Shown: positions 26,914 through 36,625 of the stretch, one piece after another | Layout of the letters: each line of letters starts with the position of its first letter | Position numbering within the stretch: the first letter of the stretch is position 1 | IMG/VR virus record: IMGVR_UViG_3300028840_002373 | Span: 1 to 56,600 of that record | Length of the DNA: 56,600 bases | Origin: a virus | Taxonomy: Duplodnaviria; Caudoviricetes | Reading direction: 5' to 3' (one strand) | Notes under the pieces: model-generated | What the model saw: the letters and a program-made list of their open reading frames with translations, nothing else | Told to the model about the DNA's origin: nothing | Database searches by the model: none | Position numbers and translations under genes: made by a program

Positions 26914-29634
26914 ATGGATATTAAAGATATAAGGTATAACATAATAGATATTGAGTGTCTATATTATAAAAAGGATGGTGTTAACTCAGGATATTTTAGT
27001 TTTCAATATTTAACTGATGAAATGGAAGAAGCTAAGATATTTGAGTGTAGGACTGATAAACATTTTCATACACTTTATAGATCATTATCAAAGACTAATA
27101 GACCAATGTATTGTTATTCAATAGACTATGACAAACTTATGATTAACTGCTTTTGCAAAATGGTCGAAAAAGGTATAACAAATATCGCATGGAAACTCAG
27201 AAACATATCAGATTTTTATATTAATGGTGATGTAAACTTTTTTCAGTTAAACAAGGAGTTTTGGGTTGATATATATTATGAAAATAAAAATTCTTTTGAT
27301 GGTGATGATTTGTACGAATGGTCACTAGATCAATTAAAAGAGAATAAGTCAGATAATGAGATAGAATTTATTAATCGTTATGATTGGTTACTAGGTAAGT
27401 CTAAGTTATTTAGTAAACTTAACATACTAGAGATACCTAAGATTATGTATTACTATACTATAAGACAAGACAACAAACCAAGAATGACTATATCACTAAA
27501 GAAACTACAATTATTCTATGAGAACTATAATATAAAATTTGATTTCGCTAAATATATGAATATGGCTGACATAGAGAAAGATGGTCTATATGACGAATTT
27601 ATTAAATACTCTTTAAATGATGTTGATTTCCTTAAACGTATCTGGGATAAGAAAGCTAAAGACGATATTGTAAAAAGAATCTATGCAGTTAAAGCAGTTA
27701 AGAAATTGAATCCAGATTTTGAAGTATCTGAAAGAGCTATTTATTCAGAAAATAACACAAAATTAATCAATGAGATACTAAAGATCGATAACCCTAACAA
27801 GGATATTAAGATCAATTATTTAGATTATGTTAACACTCCATATGATAAGTTTAATAATTTCGCAAGCTTTATTACACTTAATCAAGATGTTAAAAAGGAT
27901 AAAGAATTAAAGAATAAATATTGTGAAACTTATGAAAAAATATATGAAAATGATGATACCAAAAAGTATGAAGATGGGCAAGTTGAAACCATTGTTAATA
28001 CTATTGACGAATTAAATATCAATGATGTTATGGTCAAATTTGGTCTTGGTGGTTTACATGGTTCTTTAGAAAACTATATTCAAGATGATTTAATTCATTT
28101 AGATTATAGATCACAATACCCATCAATCATACTACAATATAAAGAATTGTTCTCACAGATAATAAATGTTGACTTGTATGAACAGGTTTACAATATGCGT
28201 AATTTCGAGATTAAACCACGATTAAAACAGTTATATGAAGATCAAAAAAATCAAGACAGTATTAATAAATTAGCACAATTAAAAAAAGATGCAGAAGATC
28301 AATTGAAAATCATACATGATGGTGGTAATGATGGAGCAGACATAGCAGTATATCAAGATTACATGAGCGAAATTGAACACTTAGAAACAAAATCAAAAGA
28401 AATCTATGATGAAATTACACAACTAACAGAATTAGAGCAAGGTTTAAAACTTATATTAAATACTGCTTATGGTCTTATTAATAGTAACTTCAAGTTATCC
28501 ATAGCAAATAAGACACTAGGACGTTTAATTTGTTTAAAAGGTCAATCAATGTTACTAAATCTAATGTATAAACTTGGTAAAACTGAGATAGCAAATGTTA
28601 ATACAGATGGGATAATTGTAAAAAATACTGAAAATCTAGACATAGATCAAATAGTCAAAGAAGATGAAGACAGATACTTTGTACTTGGTGTGTCAAAGAT
28701 AGACAAATTAATACAAAAATCTGTTAATAGTTACATTAAGATATCTAATGGTAAGATGAAAACTAAAGGAGAATTCAATCTATCAATTAAGAACTATATT
28801 AATAAACATGATAAGTTTATAGGTTTACCAAATGCACTTAGAATGATTGAGAATAAACCTAATGAGATATACCCTATTTATTTTAATCGTAGGTATGTAG
28901 ACGTACAAGGGTATGAGGAAGATTTCAAAGATCATGCTTATTATTTAACTGATAAAGATAATGGAGCAATGGCAATTAAGAAAACTATAAGACCATTAAT
29001 ACTAGGGTGTGAGGGTGAAATAATGTATTTCACACCAGATAAAGAAAAGGCTAGAATTGGAGAATACAATAGATTCGCAACATTAACACATAATAAAATA
29101 ATGGAACATAGATTAAGTGATAGCTCGAAGGGTATTAAGTATTACAAGTATGAATTGTCACCAGATGAAAACGAGGACTCAATTAAAAATAAAAGATTCA
29201 TTAAAAGAAAATTAGCACAGTTAAAGAAGGATAATATTTTAATTGTTGGGAATATATCAATTGATGGTAGTGAACATAAGACAACTATATTATGTCAAGG
29301 TAATAATCCAGTTAAAGACTTCAACAATTATACTATGACTAATATATTAAAATCTAAGAATGTAACAGGATTTTATTTAGCTGAGAACAATAGTTATCAC
29401 ATGGTTAGTACGGATAATTTAGAGACAATAGAATTACTTGATAACTTCAATACCTTAACAGTCACACACAAAAGCGGTAGAAAATGTTATATATTCGGCG
29501 ATATTGACAAAGAATATATCAAATGCTTTGAAAACATTAGATATCAAAAGGGAATAAGTATACCATTAGTTAAATTAGATGATAGTTATACCTGTGATTT
29601 CAACAAACCACAATATTTAATCTCAGATTTATAA
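26914..29634 (+). CDS. Family B DNA polymerase with 3'-5' exonuclease
   Basis: DIE (ExoI), YSLND (ExoIII), DYRSQYP (motif A), KLILNTAYG (motif B), NTDG (motif C). Confidence 0.92.
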   Translation: MDIKDIRYNIIDIECLYYKKDGVNSGYFSFQYLTDEMEEAKIFECRTDKHFHTLYRSLSKTNRPMYCYSIDYDKLMINCFCKMVEKGITNIAWKLRNISDFYINGDVNFFQLNKEFWVDIYYENKNSFDGDDLYEWSLDQLKENKSDNEIEFINRYDWLLGKSKLFSKLNILEIPKIMYYYTIRQDNKPRMTISLKKLQLFYENYNIKFDFAKYMNMADIEKDGLYDEFIKYSLNDVDFLKRIWDKKAKDDIVKRIYAVKAVKKLNPDFEVSERAIYSENNTKLINEILKIDNPNKDIKINYLDYVNTPYDKFNNFASFITLNQDVKKDKELKNKYCETYEKIYENDDTKKYEDGQVETIVNTIDELNINDVMVKFGLGGLHGSLENYIQDDLIHLDYRSQYPSIILQYKELFSQIINVDLYEQVYNMRNFEIKPRLKQLYEDQKNQDSINKLAQLKKDAEDQLKIIHDGGNDGADIAVYQDYMSEIEHLETKSKEIYDEITQLTELEQGLKLILNTAYGLINSNFKLSIANKTLGRLICLKGQSMLLNLMYKLGKTEIANVNTDGIIVKNTENLDIDQIVKEDEDRYFVLGVSKIDKLIQKSVNSYIKISNGKMKTKGEFNLSIKNYINKHDKFIGLPNALRMIENKPNEIYPIYFNRRYVDVQGYEEDFKDHAYYLTDKDNGAMAIKKTIRPLILGCEGEIMYFTPDKEKARIGEYNRFATLTHNKIMEHRLSDSSKGIKYYKYELSPDENEDSIKNKRFIKRKLAQLKKDNILIVGNISIDGSEHKTTILCQGNNPVKDFNNYTMTNILKSKNVTGFYLAENNSYHMVSTDNLETIELLDNFNTLTVTHKSGRKCYIFGDIDKEYIKCFENIRYQKGISIPLVKLDDSYTCDFNKPQYLISDL

Positions 29635-29639
29635 ATAAA

Positions 29640-29667
29640 AAAAAGGCTAACATATAGCCTTTTTTTT
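29640..29667. terminator. Bidirectional terminator at the convergence of replication and early blocks
   Basis: aaaaggcta-acata-tagccttttttt. Confidence 0.8.
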
Positions 29668-29765
29668 GTTACTCATTTATGGAACATAACCACTAAAAAA
29701 AAGATAATTGGTATAATTAACCTTAACAAATTTCAACATCATATAATATATATTGCATTGTACCA

Positions 29766-30042
29766 TTAAGTAAACATGTTTGTAAATATATTTGCCTTTT
29801 CTTATAATCCCTTAATATTCCTTTGTCTGATTTCATACTGAATTTTACGCATAACACCATATAATTCCTCATTTGTATACAATGATATAAAATTATCAAT
29901 AAAAACATTATTATTCTTTTGTTCCTTCATTAATAAAATTAATTTTAGTTCTTTTTGTTTATTTTCGTTTACCTTGTTGTCCATTGTTTTAATTCTCCTT
30001 CCAGTTAAGTAAACATGTTTGTAAATATATTTGCCTTTTCTT
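29766..30042. repeat. 38-bp perfect direct repeat (29766-29803 and 30005-30042) flanking a small gene
   Basis: ttaagtaaacatgtttgtaaatatatttgccttttctt, equal to the 3' end of the kinase gene. Confidence 0.9.
29802..29984 (-). CDS. Hypothetical protein
   Basis: AAGGAG RBS; lies between the 38-bp repeats. Confidence 0.55.
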   Translation of the reverse strand: MDNKVNENKQKELKLILLMKEQKNNNVFIDNFISLYTNEELYGVMRKIQYEIRQRNIKGL

Positions 30043-30517
30043 TCAATTGCTCTAATGTTCCATCATTTAATATAATATGGTCATACATTAGATCATTAAA
30101 GTTATAACTTTTATCAATATCTGATAACTCACTATCACCTTGATTACTATTAGGATTAACAACTAATACCTTTATACATTTACCATAATCCTTAAATTCC
30201 TTTTCTTCTCTACAGTGTATGAAGTTTAAATTATTTTTCCTGAGTCTATCATTTACACAATACTTGAAATAATTAGGATTATATTTCTTTATCATCTTTT
30301 TTAATTGGTGCAAAAAGTTTCTATACTCCTTACATTTATCAACATTTCTTACATCATGGTCATAATAAAATACTTGGTTAGCTATGAATCTAAGAGTATC
30401 AACAGTACTTATATTATTACATGGCACATATTGACTACAGTATTCTATAAAAGTATCTTTACCGCTATAACATTGACCATTAATGATAATATTATAAGTA
30501 TTTTTTAATTGTCTCAT
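30005..30517 (-). CDS. P-loop nucleotide (dNMP) kinase-like protein
   Basis: INGQCYSGKDT, FIHCRE..E and YDHIILNDGTLEQL. Confidence 0.75.
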   Translation of the reverse strand: MRQLKNTYNIIINGQCYSGKDTFIEYCSQYVPCNNISTVDTLRFIANQVFYYDHDVRNVDKCKEYRNFLHQLKKMIKKYNPNYFKYCVNDRLRKNNLNFIHCREEKEFKDYGKCIKVLVVNPNSNQGDSELSDIDKSYNFNDLMYDHIILNDGTLEQLKEKANIFTNMFT

Positions 30518-30720
30518 GACTTGCTATCTCCTATAAATTTTTTTAAAAATATATGTGCTATCTCATTTGATTTCTCATAACCTAAATTCGAGTTATCCAT
30601 AATTGTTACAGCTAAATTAGATTGCCATGCATAATATAAACTATTGTTATACCTATCTTTCTTTAGTTCTTCTTTAAATATCTTCATACCCTTTGATAAA
30701 TCATCATATCTATTATTCAT
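30514..30720 (-). CDS. Hypothetical phage protein
   Basis: YYAWQSNLA motif; coupled ORF. Confidence 0.55.
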   Translation of the reverse strand: MNNRYDDLSKGMKIFKEELKKDRYNNSLYYAWQSNLAVTIMDNSNLGYEKSNEIAHIFLKKFIGDSKS

Positions 30721-30843
30721 TATAATATACCTCTGTCTCTACATAATTTATTTATCCAGTTAAAAGAACTGATTAAACCTAATATCACAATTACCATTAT
30801 TACACTACTTAATACATATTCATACATTAGTCATAACCTCCTT

Positions 30844-31137
30844 TTAGTCTTTTGTTCCTATGATTTTCCCATAAACATCCATAAATAAAATATCATGATT
30901 TCTCATTTCTCTAATATCTGTTATCTGATATCTAATATCTTTAGTAATCATGTTACATTCATTCAATAATTCATCTGGCATAATGCAATGTAAATAGATT
31001 CCTAAGTGTACCTTAATTACAAATTTGGTAAACTTAACTTGTTTCTTTTTTAACAGTATTACTGAGTTTAATTGCAATTGCATAATTTGTTTTATTGGCA
31101 TATTAATTAATGCAATTTTATAAAAATCTTCTATCAT
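30844..31137 (-). CDS. Hypothetical protein
   Basis: GGAGGG RBS. Confidence 0.55.
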   Translation of the reverse strand: MIEDFYKIALINMPIKQIMQLQLNSVILLKKKQVKFTKFVIKVHLGIYLHCIMPDELLNECNMITKDIRYQITDIREMRNHDILFMDVYGKIIGTKD

Positions 31138-31256
31138 GTAATTACCCTCCTTTTGATATGCTATGAATCACTAAGATAATAAAAAGAATAATAGCCAAAA
31201 CCCCTCCAAATACACCACCTATAATAAAAGTAAAAAATATATCCCAGTTCATAAAA

Positions 31257-31484
31257 TCACCCATTCTTTTTATTAATAATTTTTTTCACAATATCATTAA
31301 CTTTAGTCATAGGAATATGTTGACATAGTTTATTGGTATCAATACCCATGTATTCAAGGATAGCTTTTTTTAATATGTTGTTTACTAGATCACTTTCAGT
31401 TATATTGCCACTAACCGCTATACACTTAATATCCTTGATTACATCCTCGTCTAATACATATAACTTCCTTTTGCGATCACTCAT
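31257..31484 (-). CDS. Ribbon-helix-helix-like regulator
   Basis: RKLYVLDEDVIKDIKCIAVSGNITESDLVNNILKKAI; AAGGAG RBS before MSDRK. Confidence 0.6.
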   Translation of the reverse strand: MSDRKRKLYVLDEDVIKDIKCIAVSGNITESDLVNNILKKAILEYMGIDTNKLCQHIPMTKVNDIVKKIINKKNG

Positions 31485-31603
31485 TAATATTATCTCCTTC
31501 CTATACATTATATACAATGTATACATTGTAACATATATTAACATTAATGACAATTAAAAAAGATAAACATATCTAGATTTGACAAATTATGATTTGATAA
31601 AAA

Positions 31604-31625
31604 AAAAGAATCCATTTGGATTCTT
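31604..31625 (-). terminator. Terminator of the early block
   Basis: aagaatcc/ggattctt stem with U-tract on the minus strand. Confidence 0.65.
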
Positions 31626-31815
31626 AGTATGTATCACAGTATTCAAATTTTACTTTTATTATCCTGTAGTTATATTCAAACTCATAATCAAGTATATATT
31701 TTTTCTTAATCGATTCTAAGTCTTTATCATTTAAAGCTATATATTTTACCTCATGTTTATCATTGAATATCAGATAACAATAATTATCAAACATTTTATT
31801 TCCCTCCTTCACCAA
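31624..31815 (-). CDS. Early hypothetical protein
   Basis: ORF in the leftward early block. Confidence 0.55.
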   Translation of the reverse strand: MVKEGNKMFDNYCYLIFNDKHEVKYIALNDKDLESIKKKYILDYEFEYNYRIIKVKFEYCDTY

Positions 31816-32093
31816 CTATCTAATTTAAATAATCTATTCCATATATGGTCTATTTCTTCATAACTCAATTCCAAAATACTAATTGTGTCTATATAGTTGT
31901 CATAAAATTTTACCTGAGTCTTACCATACCTTAGATTTATTTCAATACTTAATAAGTCTTTAATAAACTCATAAAATAATTTGTTACTAATTTCTTTATG
32001 TTTTAACAATCCTCTTATCATTTCCCTTGTACAATCTAACAATCCCATAGTAGAATTAAAAGTGTTAAGTACTTCTATTTTTATTTCATTCAT
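31809..32093 (-). CDS. Early hypothetical protein
   Basis: AAAGGAGATT leader. Confidence 0.65.
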   Translation of the reverse strand: MNEIKIEVLNTFNSTMGLLDCTREMIRGLLKHKEISNKLFYEFIKDLLSIEINLRYGKTQVKFYDNYIDTISILELSYEEIDHIWNRLFKLDSW

Positions 32094-32148
32094 AATCTTT
32101 TAATCTCCTTTAGTTTAAAAGGGTTAACCGTAGTTAACCCCATTGTAT

Positions 32149-32475
32149 TTATATTGCCTTCAATTCGTTTATAGTTCTTAATGCATTTATTATTTGTTTT
32201 CCCTTTTGAAAACTCATTTTATTTAACTGGATTCTTTTAACTAGGTTTCTAGCTATTACTTTAAGTGCCTTGTTTACATCTTCACTCTTAACTTTACCGA
32301 TTAACAAATTATGTTCTATATTCTTGATATCTTGTGTTAATCTGGATATCCAGAAACCACCTTGTTTTTTACTAAGTCTTCTAAGTTTGTGAATGTCTGA
32401 CTCAGAACCGTATCTGATATACTTTAGATTTGATAAATACTTGACTTGCTTCTCAGTTATTAAATAATTATTCAT
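32149..32475 (-). CDS. Early hypothetical protein with (T)EKQ..YL..L / LSK.Q....I..L repeats
   Basis: First gene after a promoter; conserved leader. Confidence 0.65.
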   Translation of the reverse strand: MNNYLITEKQVKYLSNLKYIRYGSESDIHKLRRLSKKQGGFWISRLTQDIKNIEHNLLIGKVKSEDVNKALKVIARNLVKRIQLNKMSFQKGKQIINALRTINELKAI

Positions 32476-32524
32476 ATTCTTTTAATCTCCTTTAAGTTTA
32501 ATTTAGTTTAATTTGTTTTACCTT

Positions 32525-32561
32525 ATGATAATATATTATCATGTATGTACATTAATGTCAA
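32525..32561 (-). promoter_or_regulatory. Early promoter TTGACA-N17-TAATAT with perfect palindrome ATGATAATATATTATCAT over the -10
   Basis: Palindrome at 32525-32542; TGTCAA at 32556. Confidence 0.85.
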
Positions 32562-32569
32562 TACTTTAT

Positions 32570-32902
32570 TTAAGTTTTTTTCATAACCTTATAGTTTACT
32601 AATTTACCCTGTGATTTGCATATACATTTCACATTATCATTTAAAAGTAATGTGATTTGATTGTGTAATACATGTACACCAGATATCGCATAGTTTACTT
32701 TTGATAACTTGATTGACTCGAATATTTGAGAATAAGTGTTGTATTTATATAACTTTAAATTATGTGTGAATCTGATAACTGTGTTGTTATCAAGTATTAA
32801 GAATTTTTTCTCGATATTCTTTATCTTGTTATTTGTAACTAATAGTGATAAATTATCTCTAGTGATATTGTTCTTGATTTCTGATAGTGATAATTTGGTC
32901 AT
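32570..32902 (-). CDS. Early hypothetical protein
   Basis: AAAGGAGAT RBS. Confidence 0.6.
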   Translation of the reverse strand: MTKLSLSEIKNNITRDNLSLLVTNNKIKNIEKKFLILDNNTVIRFTHNLKLYKYNTYSQIFESIKLSKVNYAISGVHVLHNQITLLLNDNVKCICKSQGKLVNYKVMKKT

Positions 32903-32995
32903 AATTTGATTATCTCCTTTCTAATAATTTGTTAACCATGTGTATTATTATATTCACATGGTTAACATTAATACATTCATTAACATATACATTTA

Positions 32996-34453
32996 TTACA
33001 CATTATCATCTAATAGATTCAATTTGTAATTAAGGTAATCATTGTATATAGTTAAGTTATCTAGAGTTTTTTGTATATCAATCTCATATAAATATACAAA
33101 TTTCTTATACATCTTATAAAGATATTTTGTTTCTTCATTTTTTCTAAGGGATACCTTGAAATCAAATATTTCCTTTTCATTATTTTTATCAATATGATTC
33201 TTTTCAATGTATTTATCAATAATCATATCTTTTAAAACATCCATTTCAGCATATAGTATTTTAATTTTTATCAGATTGTTTATAATATCTTCTATATTAC
33301 AATAGTCTCTATAGGTTAATCTATCAGTATCAATTAAAACATTCATATCATTATATCGTAGCTCATTATTAGCTATATTAAATCTATTACCATCGTATAC
33401 CTCAGTATCTAATTTGATATAAAAGACATGACCATGTAAATTATGATCTCTTAATAACCTTGCTATCCTTGTTGTGATACTTTCTTTGATATCTAAATTA
33501 TTATCTAAGTCTTCCTTGAATTCTTTTTTAACTCTATCCCTCATGTCATCCTCTTTTGGTTCTTCTACTCTACTAGCATTTAATGTTTTTTTCATGAAAT
33601 CATCTTTTACATTATCATCTTTTACATTATCATCTTTTATATTATCTTCTTTTGGTTCTTCCTTAACTTCCTCAACTCTTTTTAATTGTACTACTGGTAA
33701 TAATAAAGCGACTGGATTATTATCTATTAATACAAGTAATCCTTTATTATCTCTTATATCTATTAATTGGATAGTGTAATCAAAATTATCATATAGCTTT
33801 AACATATTTACATAAATCTTTTTGAAGTGTATATTTTCCCCATTATGATTAATTATATAAGTACCATCTTTATCCATACCAGTACCATAGTTGACAAATT
33901 TTAACTCATCTTTTTTAAATGTTTCTATAATACCATTAGAATTTTTTGATATGAATTGTGAGAAATCAATGTTTTCCATTGGGTGATTTTTAGATTTCTT
34001 CAAGTATTGACAATATTCTTTCGGTATCTCATAGAAACTACACCCATCTGATATATATCTGTTTTTGATAAGTCCATTTTTAATAGTATCATTTTTGTTT
34101 AAAGTATTATCAATGTAATGATTGATTAATCTTAAATCACTTCTCAAATTATTTTGTTCTCCATTAGAATCAATGTTCTTAGTATTTTTTACAGCATTTT
34201 GCATAGCTTGTAATGATTTCTTCATAGATTCTATTGTTGAATAATCCCAAAACTTTTTACTATAGTTATCAATTATAAAATTCATTGGGTATAACTTATT
34301 AAGAGTTGTATAATTCTCAGTAACTTGAACACTCCTTTTGTCTAACTGATTAAATATCTGGTAACTCCAAGACCTACCATTTTTATAAACACATACTGTA
34401 TTATTACTATTTAACTCATTTCTCACTAATTTACTCAATTGTCTAATATTCAT
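32996..34453 (-). CDS. Large early multidomain protein; N-terminus paralogous to 36626-36934
   Basis: YKNGRSW motif; central PVALLLPV; KDDNV repeats. Confidence 0.7.
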   Translation of the reverse strand: MNIRQLSKLVRNELNSNNTVCVYKNGRSWSYQIFNQLDKRSVQVTENYTTLNKLYPMNFIIDNYSKKFWDYSTIESMKKSLQAMQNAVKNTKNIDSNGEQNNLRSDLRLINHYIDNTLNKNDTIKNGLIKNRYISDGCSFYEIPKEYCQYLKKSKNHPMENIDFSQFISKNSNGIIETFKKDELKFVNYGTGMDKDGTYIINHNGENIHFKKIYVNMLKLYDNFDYTIQLIDIRDNKGLLVLIDNNPVALLLPVVQLKRVEEVKEEPKEDNIKDDNVKDDNVKDDFMKKTLNASRVEEPKEDDMRDRVKKEFKEDLDNNLDIKESITTRIARLLRDHNLHGHVFYIKLDTEVYDGNRFNIANNELRYNDMNVLIDTDRLTYRDYCNIEDIINNLIKIKILYAEMDVLKDMIIDKYIEKNHIDKNNEKEIFDFKVSLRKNEETKYLYKMYKKFVYLYEIDIQKTLDNLTIYNDYLNYKLNLLDDNV

Positions 34454-34491
34454 AATTTTTAAATCTCCTTTTAGTTTAATTTAGTTTGTTC

Positions 34492-34548
34492 TTAATTGCT
34501 TATTGTGGTTTCTATGATTAAACCATAGAAACCATGTAAACAATTAAA
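34492..34548 (-). other. Long hairpin with internal loop (RNase III-like site), copy 1
   Basis: aattgcttattgtggtttctatg-loop-catagaaaccatgtaaacaatt; repeated at 36175. Confidence 0.65.
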
Positions 34549-34675
34549 AAGGTAATTTCTCAGATTCTTGTTTTATTAATTGTTCTTCCTCCTTCTTTCG
34601 TTGTGCCAATGCCTTATTAGTTATTTCTCTTATTTCTTCATCACTCCAATTTTGTATAACATCATCACTATTCAT
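34544..34675 (-). CDS. 43-aa early microprotein ending LPF (not in ORF track)
   Basis: MNSDDVIQNWSDEEIREITNKALAQRKKEEEQLIKQESEKLPF; AGGAGG RBS. Confidence 0.65.
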   Translation of the reverse strand: MNSDDVIQNWSDEEIREITNKALAQRKKEEEQLIKQESEKLPF

Positions 34676-34767
34676 TATTTTTTACCTCCTTTTTTATTAT
34701 CATTCTTATTTACTGGAAAAAACTTTTCACCTTTATTTTTTCGATTATTTATAATTCTTTCTAACAT
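34675..34767 (-). CDS. 30-aa basic early microprotein (not in ORF track)
   Basis: MLERIINNRKNKGEKFFPVNKNDNKKGGKK; GGAGG RBS; first gene after a promoter. Confidence 0.55.
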   Translation of the reverse strand: MLERIINNRKNKGEKFFPVNKNDNKKGGKK

Positions 34768-34829
34768 ATCCCTATTACCTCCAATTTGTTTATTTTTTTT
34801 TATCTTTATTTAATTTACCTTATGTATAT

Positions 34830-34858
34830 ATATTATCATGTATTAACATCAATGTCAA
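34830..34858 (-). promoter_or_regulatory. Early promoter TTGACA-N17-TAATAT
   Basis: Conserved promoter family. Confidence 0.8.
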
Positions 34859-34985
34859 TGTATTTTATGTTACTTAATTATTACATGTGATACAATTAAA
34901 AAACAATGTGCTACTTTTATTATTTTATTAATTGTTTATTCATGCTTTACTAGAGTAATTTAGTAAAGCATAGTAAACAATCAAT

Positions 34986-35294
34986 CTAATAGTTATATTT
35001 GATAATTTTGTATAAATGACTTGATAATGGTAAAAACTTGACTTGCTTTAGTTCATCAATGTCAAACCTAGATACAAACTTATTCTTTAGTAAACTATCA
35101 TAACTAACATTTACTTCTATTATTGAGATATCTAATGTATCATAAAGATTTGTACTTACATTAAGGCAATCATTAGATACATTAATTGATTCATGTAATC
35201 TCTTAAACCTTTGTATATATGATTCATAATCCGTTGTTATACCTCTATTTAACACTAATCCTCTTTTATTCTTGATTTCTAATAATTTCATCAT
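34986..35294 (-). CDS. Early hypothetical protein
   Basis: AAGGAG RBS. Confidence 0.6.
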   Translation of the reverse strand: MMKLLEIKNKRGLVLNRGITTDYESYIQRFKRLHESINVSNDCLNVSTNLYDTLDISIIEVNVSYDSLLKNKFVSRFDIDELKQVKFLPLSSHLYKIIKYNY

Positions 35295-35411
35295 TTTTCA
35301 ATTCTCCTTTTATTTGATATAATATACTTATTAATGTTTTATTATACTTATTTTTTTATTTTCCCTAGATTCATTTCTTTATGGGGTTAATCATGGTTAA
35401 CCCCATATCAA

Positions 35412-36131
35412 TTAAGAAGGTATAGCTTGTTTCATGACAGGATTTACATAAAAGTTTTCATTCTTATATCTAAAGTATTCAACTTTTTCTATATCAATCC
35501 TATTGAGATATTGTGTGTATAAACTATCTGTTTTGAATTTACTACCATCTTCTTTAATAACCCATACCGATTTTTTACCACCACGTTTAAACCATTTAAG
35601 CAAGTCAATTAATTCTTCATAAGGTTTATTAATTTTACCAATACTGTATTTATGCATTATTAACATTTGATTCAATTCGTATATAGGTATTATTTTGTAT
35701 AATACAGAACTATTAAAAGTACCATTTATTAAATCGTATTCAATGTATTTATTTTGTTCGCTTCTATGTGAATAATAGTTATCTGTAGATTTGTAGATAA
35801 TAACAATACCTTGCATTATCTTTTCATAAGATACTTGTATATAATGATTCTCAATAATTTCACTCGGTCTCTTAGGTATATCATAGAATTTCACATCATC
35901 ATATATTTTGCTACTGTCTTCATTTGATATAAGATATTTTTCAATCTCTAATTCTAATTGAATCTTTAACCTAGCTTCAACATATTTTCTAAAATCTCTA
36001 GTTTTATCCAATGTATACCCAATAGCATACTTAACATTATTAATGTTAACGTTCTTAATCTCTAGTTTTCCATCATGTGATACGTTGTTACTCAGTTCTA
36101 ATCTGATATTCTCACTTAATTTAATATTCAT
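35412..36131 (-). CDS. Early hypothetical protein
   Basis: Conserved leader plus RBS. Confidence 0.65.
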   Translation of the reverse strand: MNIKLSENIRLELSNNVSHDGKLEIKNVNINNVKYAIGYTLDKTRDFRKYVEARLKIQLELEIEKYLISNEDSSKIYDDVKFYDIPKRPSEIIENHYIQVSYEKIMQGIVIIYKSTDNYYSHRSEQNKYIEYDLINGTFNSSVLYKIIPIYELNQMLIMHKYSIGKINKPYEELIDLLKWFKRGGKKSVWVIKEDGSKFKTDSLYTQYLNRIDIEKVEYFRYKNENFYVNPVMKQAIPS

Positions 36132-36174
36132 AGTTTTTCAATCTCCTTTTAGTTTAATTTGGTTTAATTTAGTT

Positions 36175-36230
36175 TAATTGCTTATTGTGGTTTCTATGGT
36201 TTAATCATAGAAACCATGTAAACAATTAAA
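36175..36230 (-). other. Long hairpin (RNase III-like site), copy 2, loop inverted relative to copy 1
   Basis: Loop gtttaat is the reverse complement of attaaac in copy 1. Confidence 0.65.
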
Positions 36231-36234
36231 AATA

Positions 36235-36588
36235 TCACCAATAAAAATTATCATTTATTTCCTTAAGATATGTTATTATTTGTTCTCTATACAATTCTTT
36301 CTTATATTCTTTAGGCACTAACATAAATGTTTTAATTGTTACTGTATTTCCTTTATCTGTCACAATCCACTTAGTAACTGCAAATTTTACCTTATTACTA
36401 TCAATTCTTATGCTTAATATCTCATTATCACTTATGTTATAATGTGTCTCATTTGGGTACATCTTAGTTGTTAGTTTTACATTAGTTGCAAATGTCTTAC
36501 ATTGAATAATCTCTTTTGTATCAAATAAATACTTATTGTTACCATTTATTATTTTTAGCTTATTTTGTAATTCTTTGAATTTAGTCAT
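36235..36588 (-). CDS. Early hypothetical protein
   Basis: Leader plus GGAGGT RBS. Confidence 0.65.
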   Translation of the reverse strand: MTKFKELQNKLKIINGNNKYLFDTKEIIQCKTFATNVKLTTKMYPNETHYNISDNEILSIRIDSNKVKFAVTKWIVTDKGNTVTIKTFMLVPKEYKKELYREQIITYLKEINDNFYW

Positions 36589-36625
36589 AATCTCAATACC
36601 TCCAAGTTTTATTTAGTTTAGTTTC

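Noticed and set aside
28190-28440. Intein or intron in the DNA polymerase
   Set aside because: The insertion is in frame and helical, with no C/S...HN splice motifs or homing endonuclease
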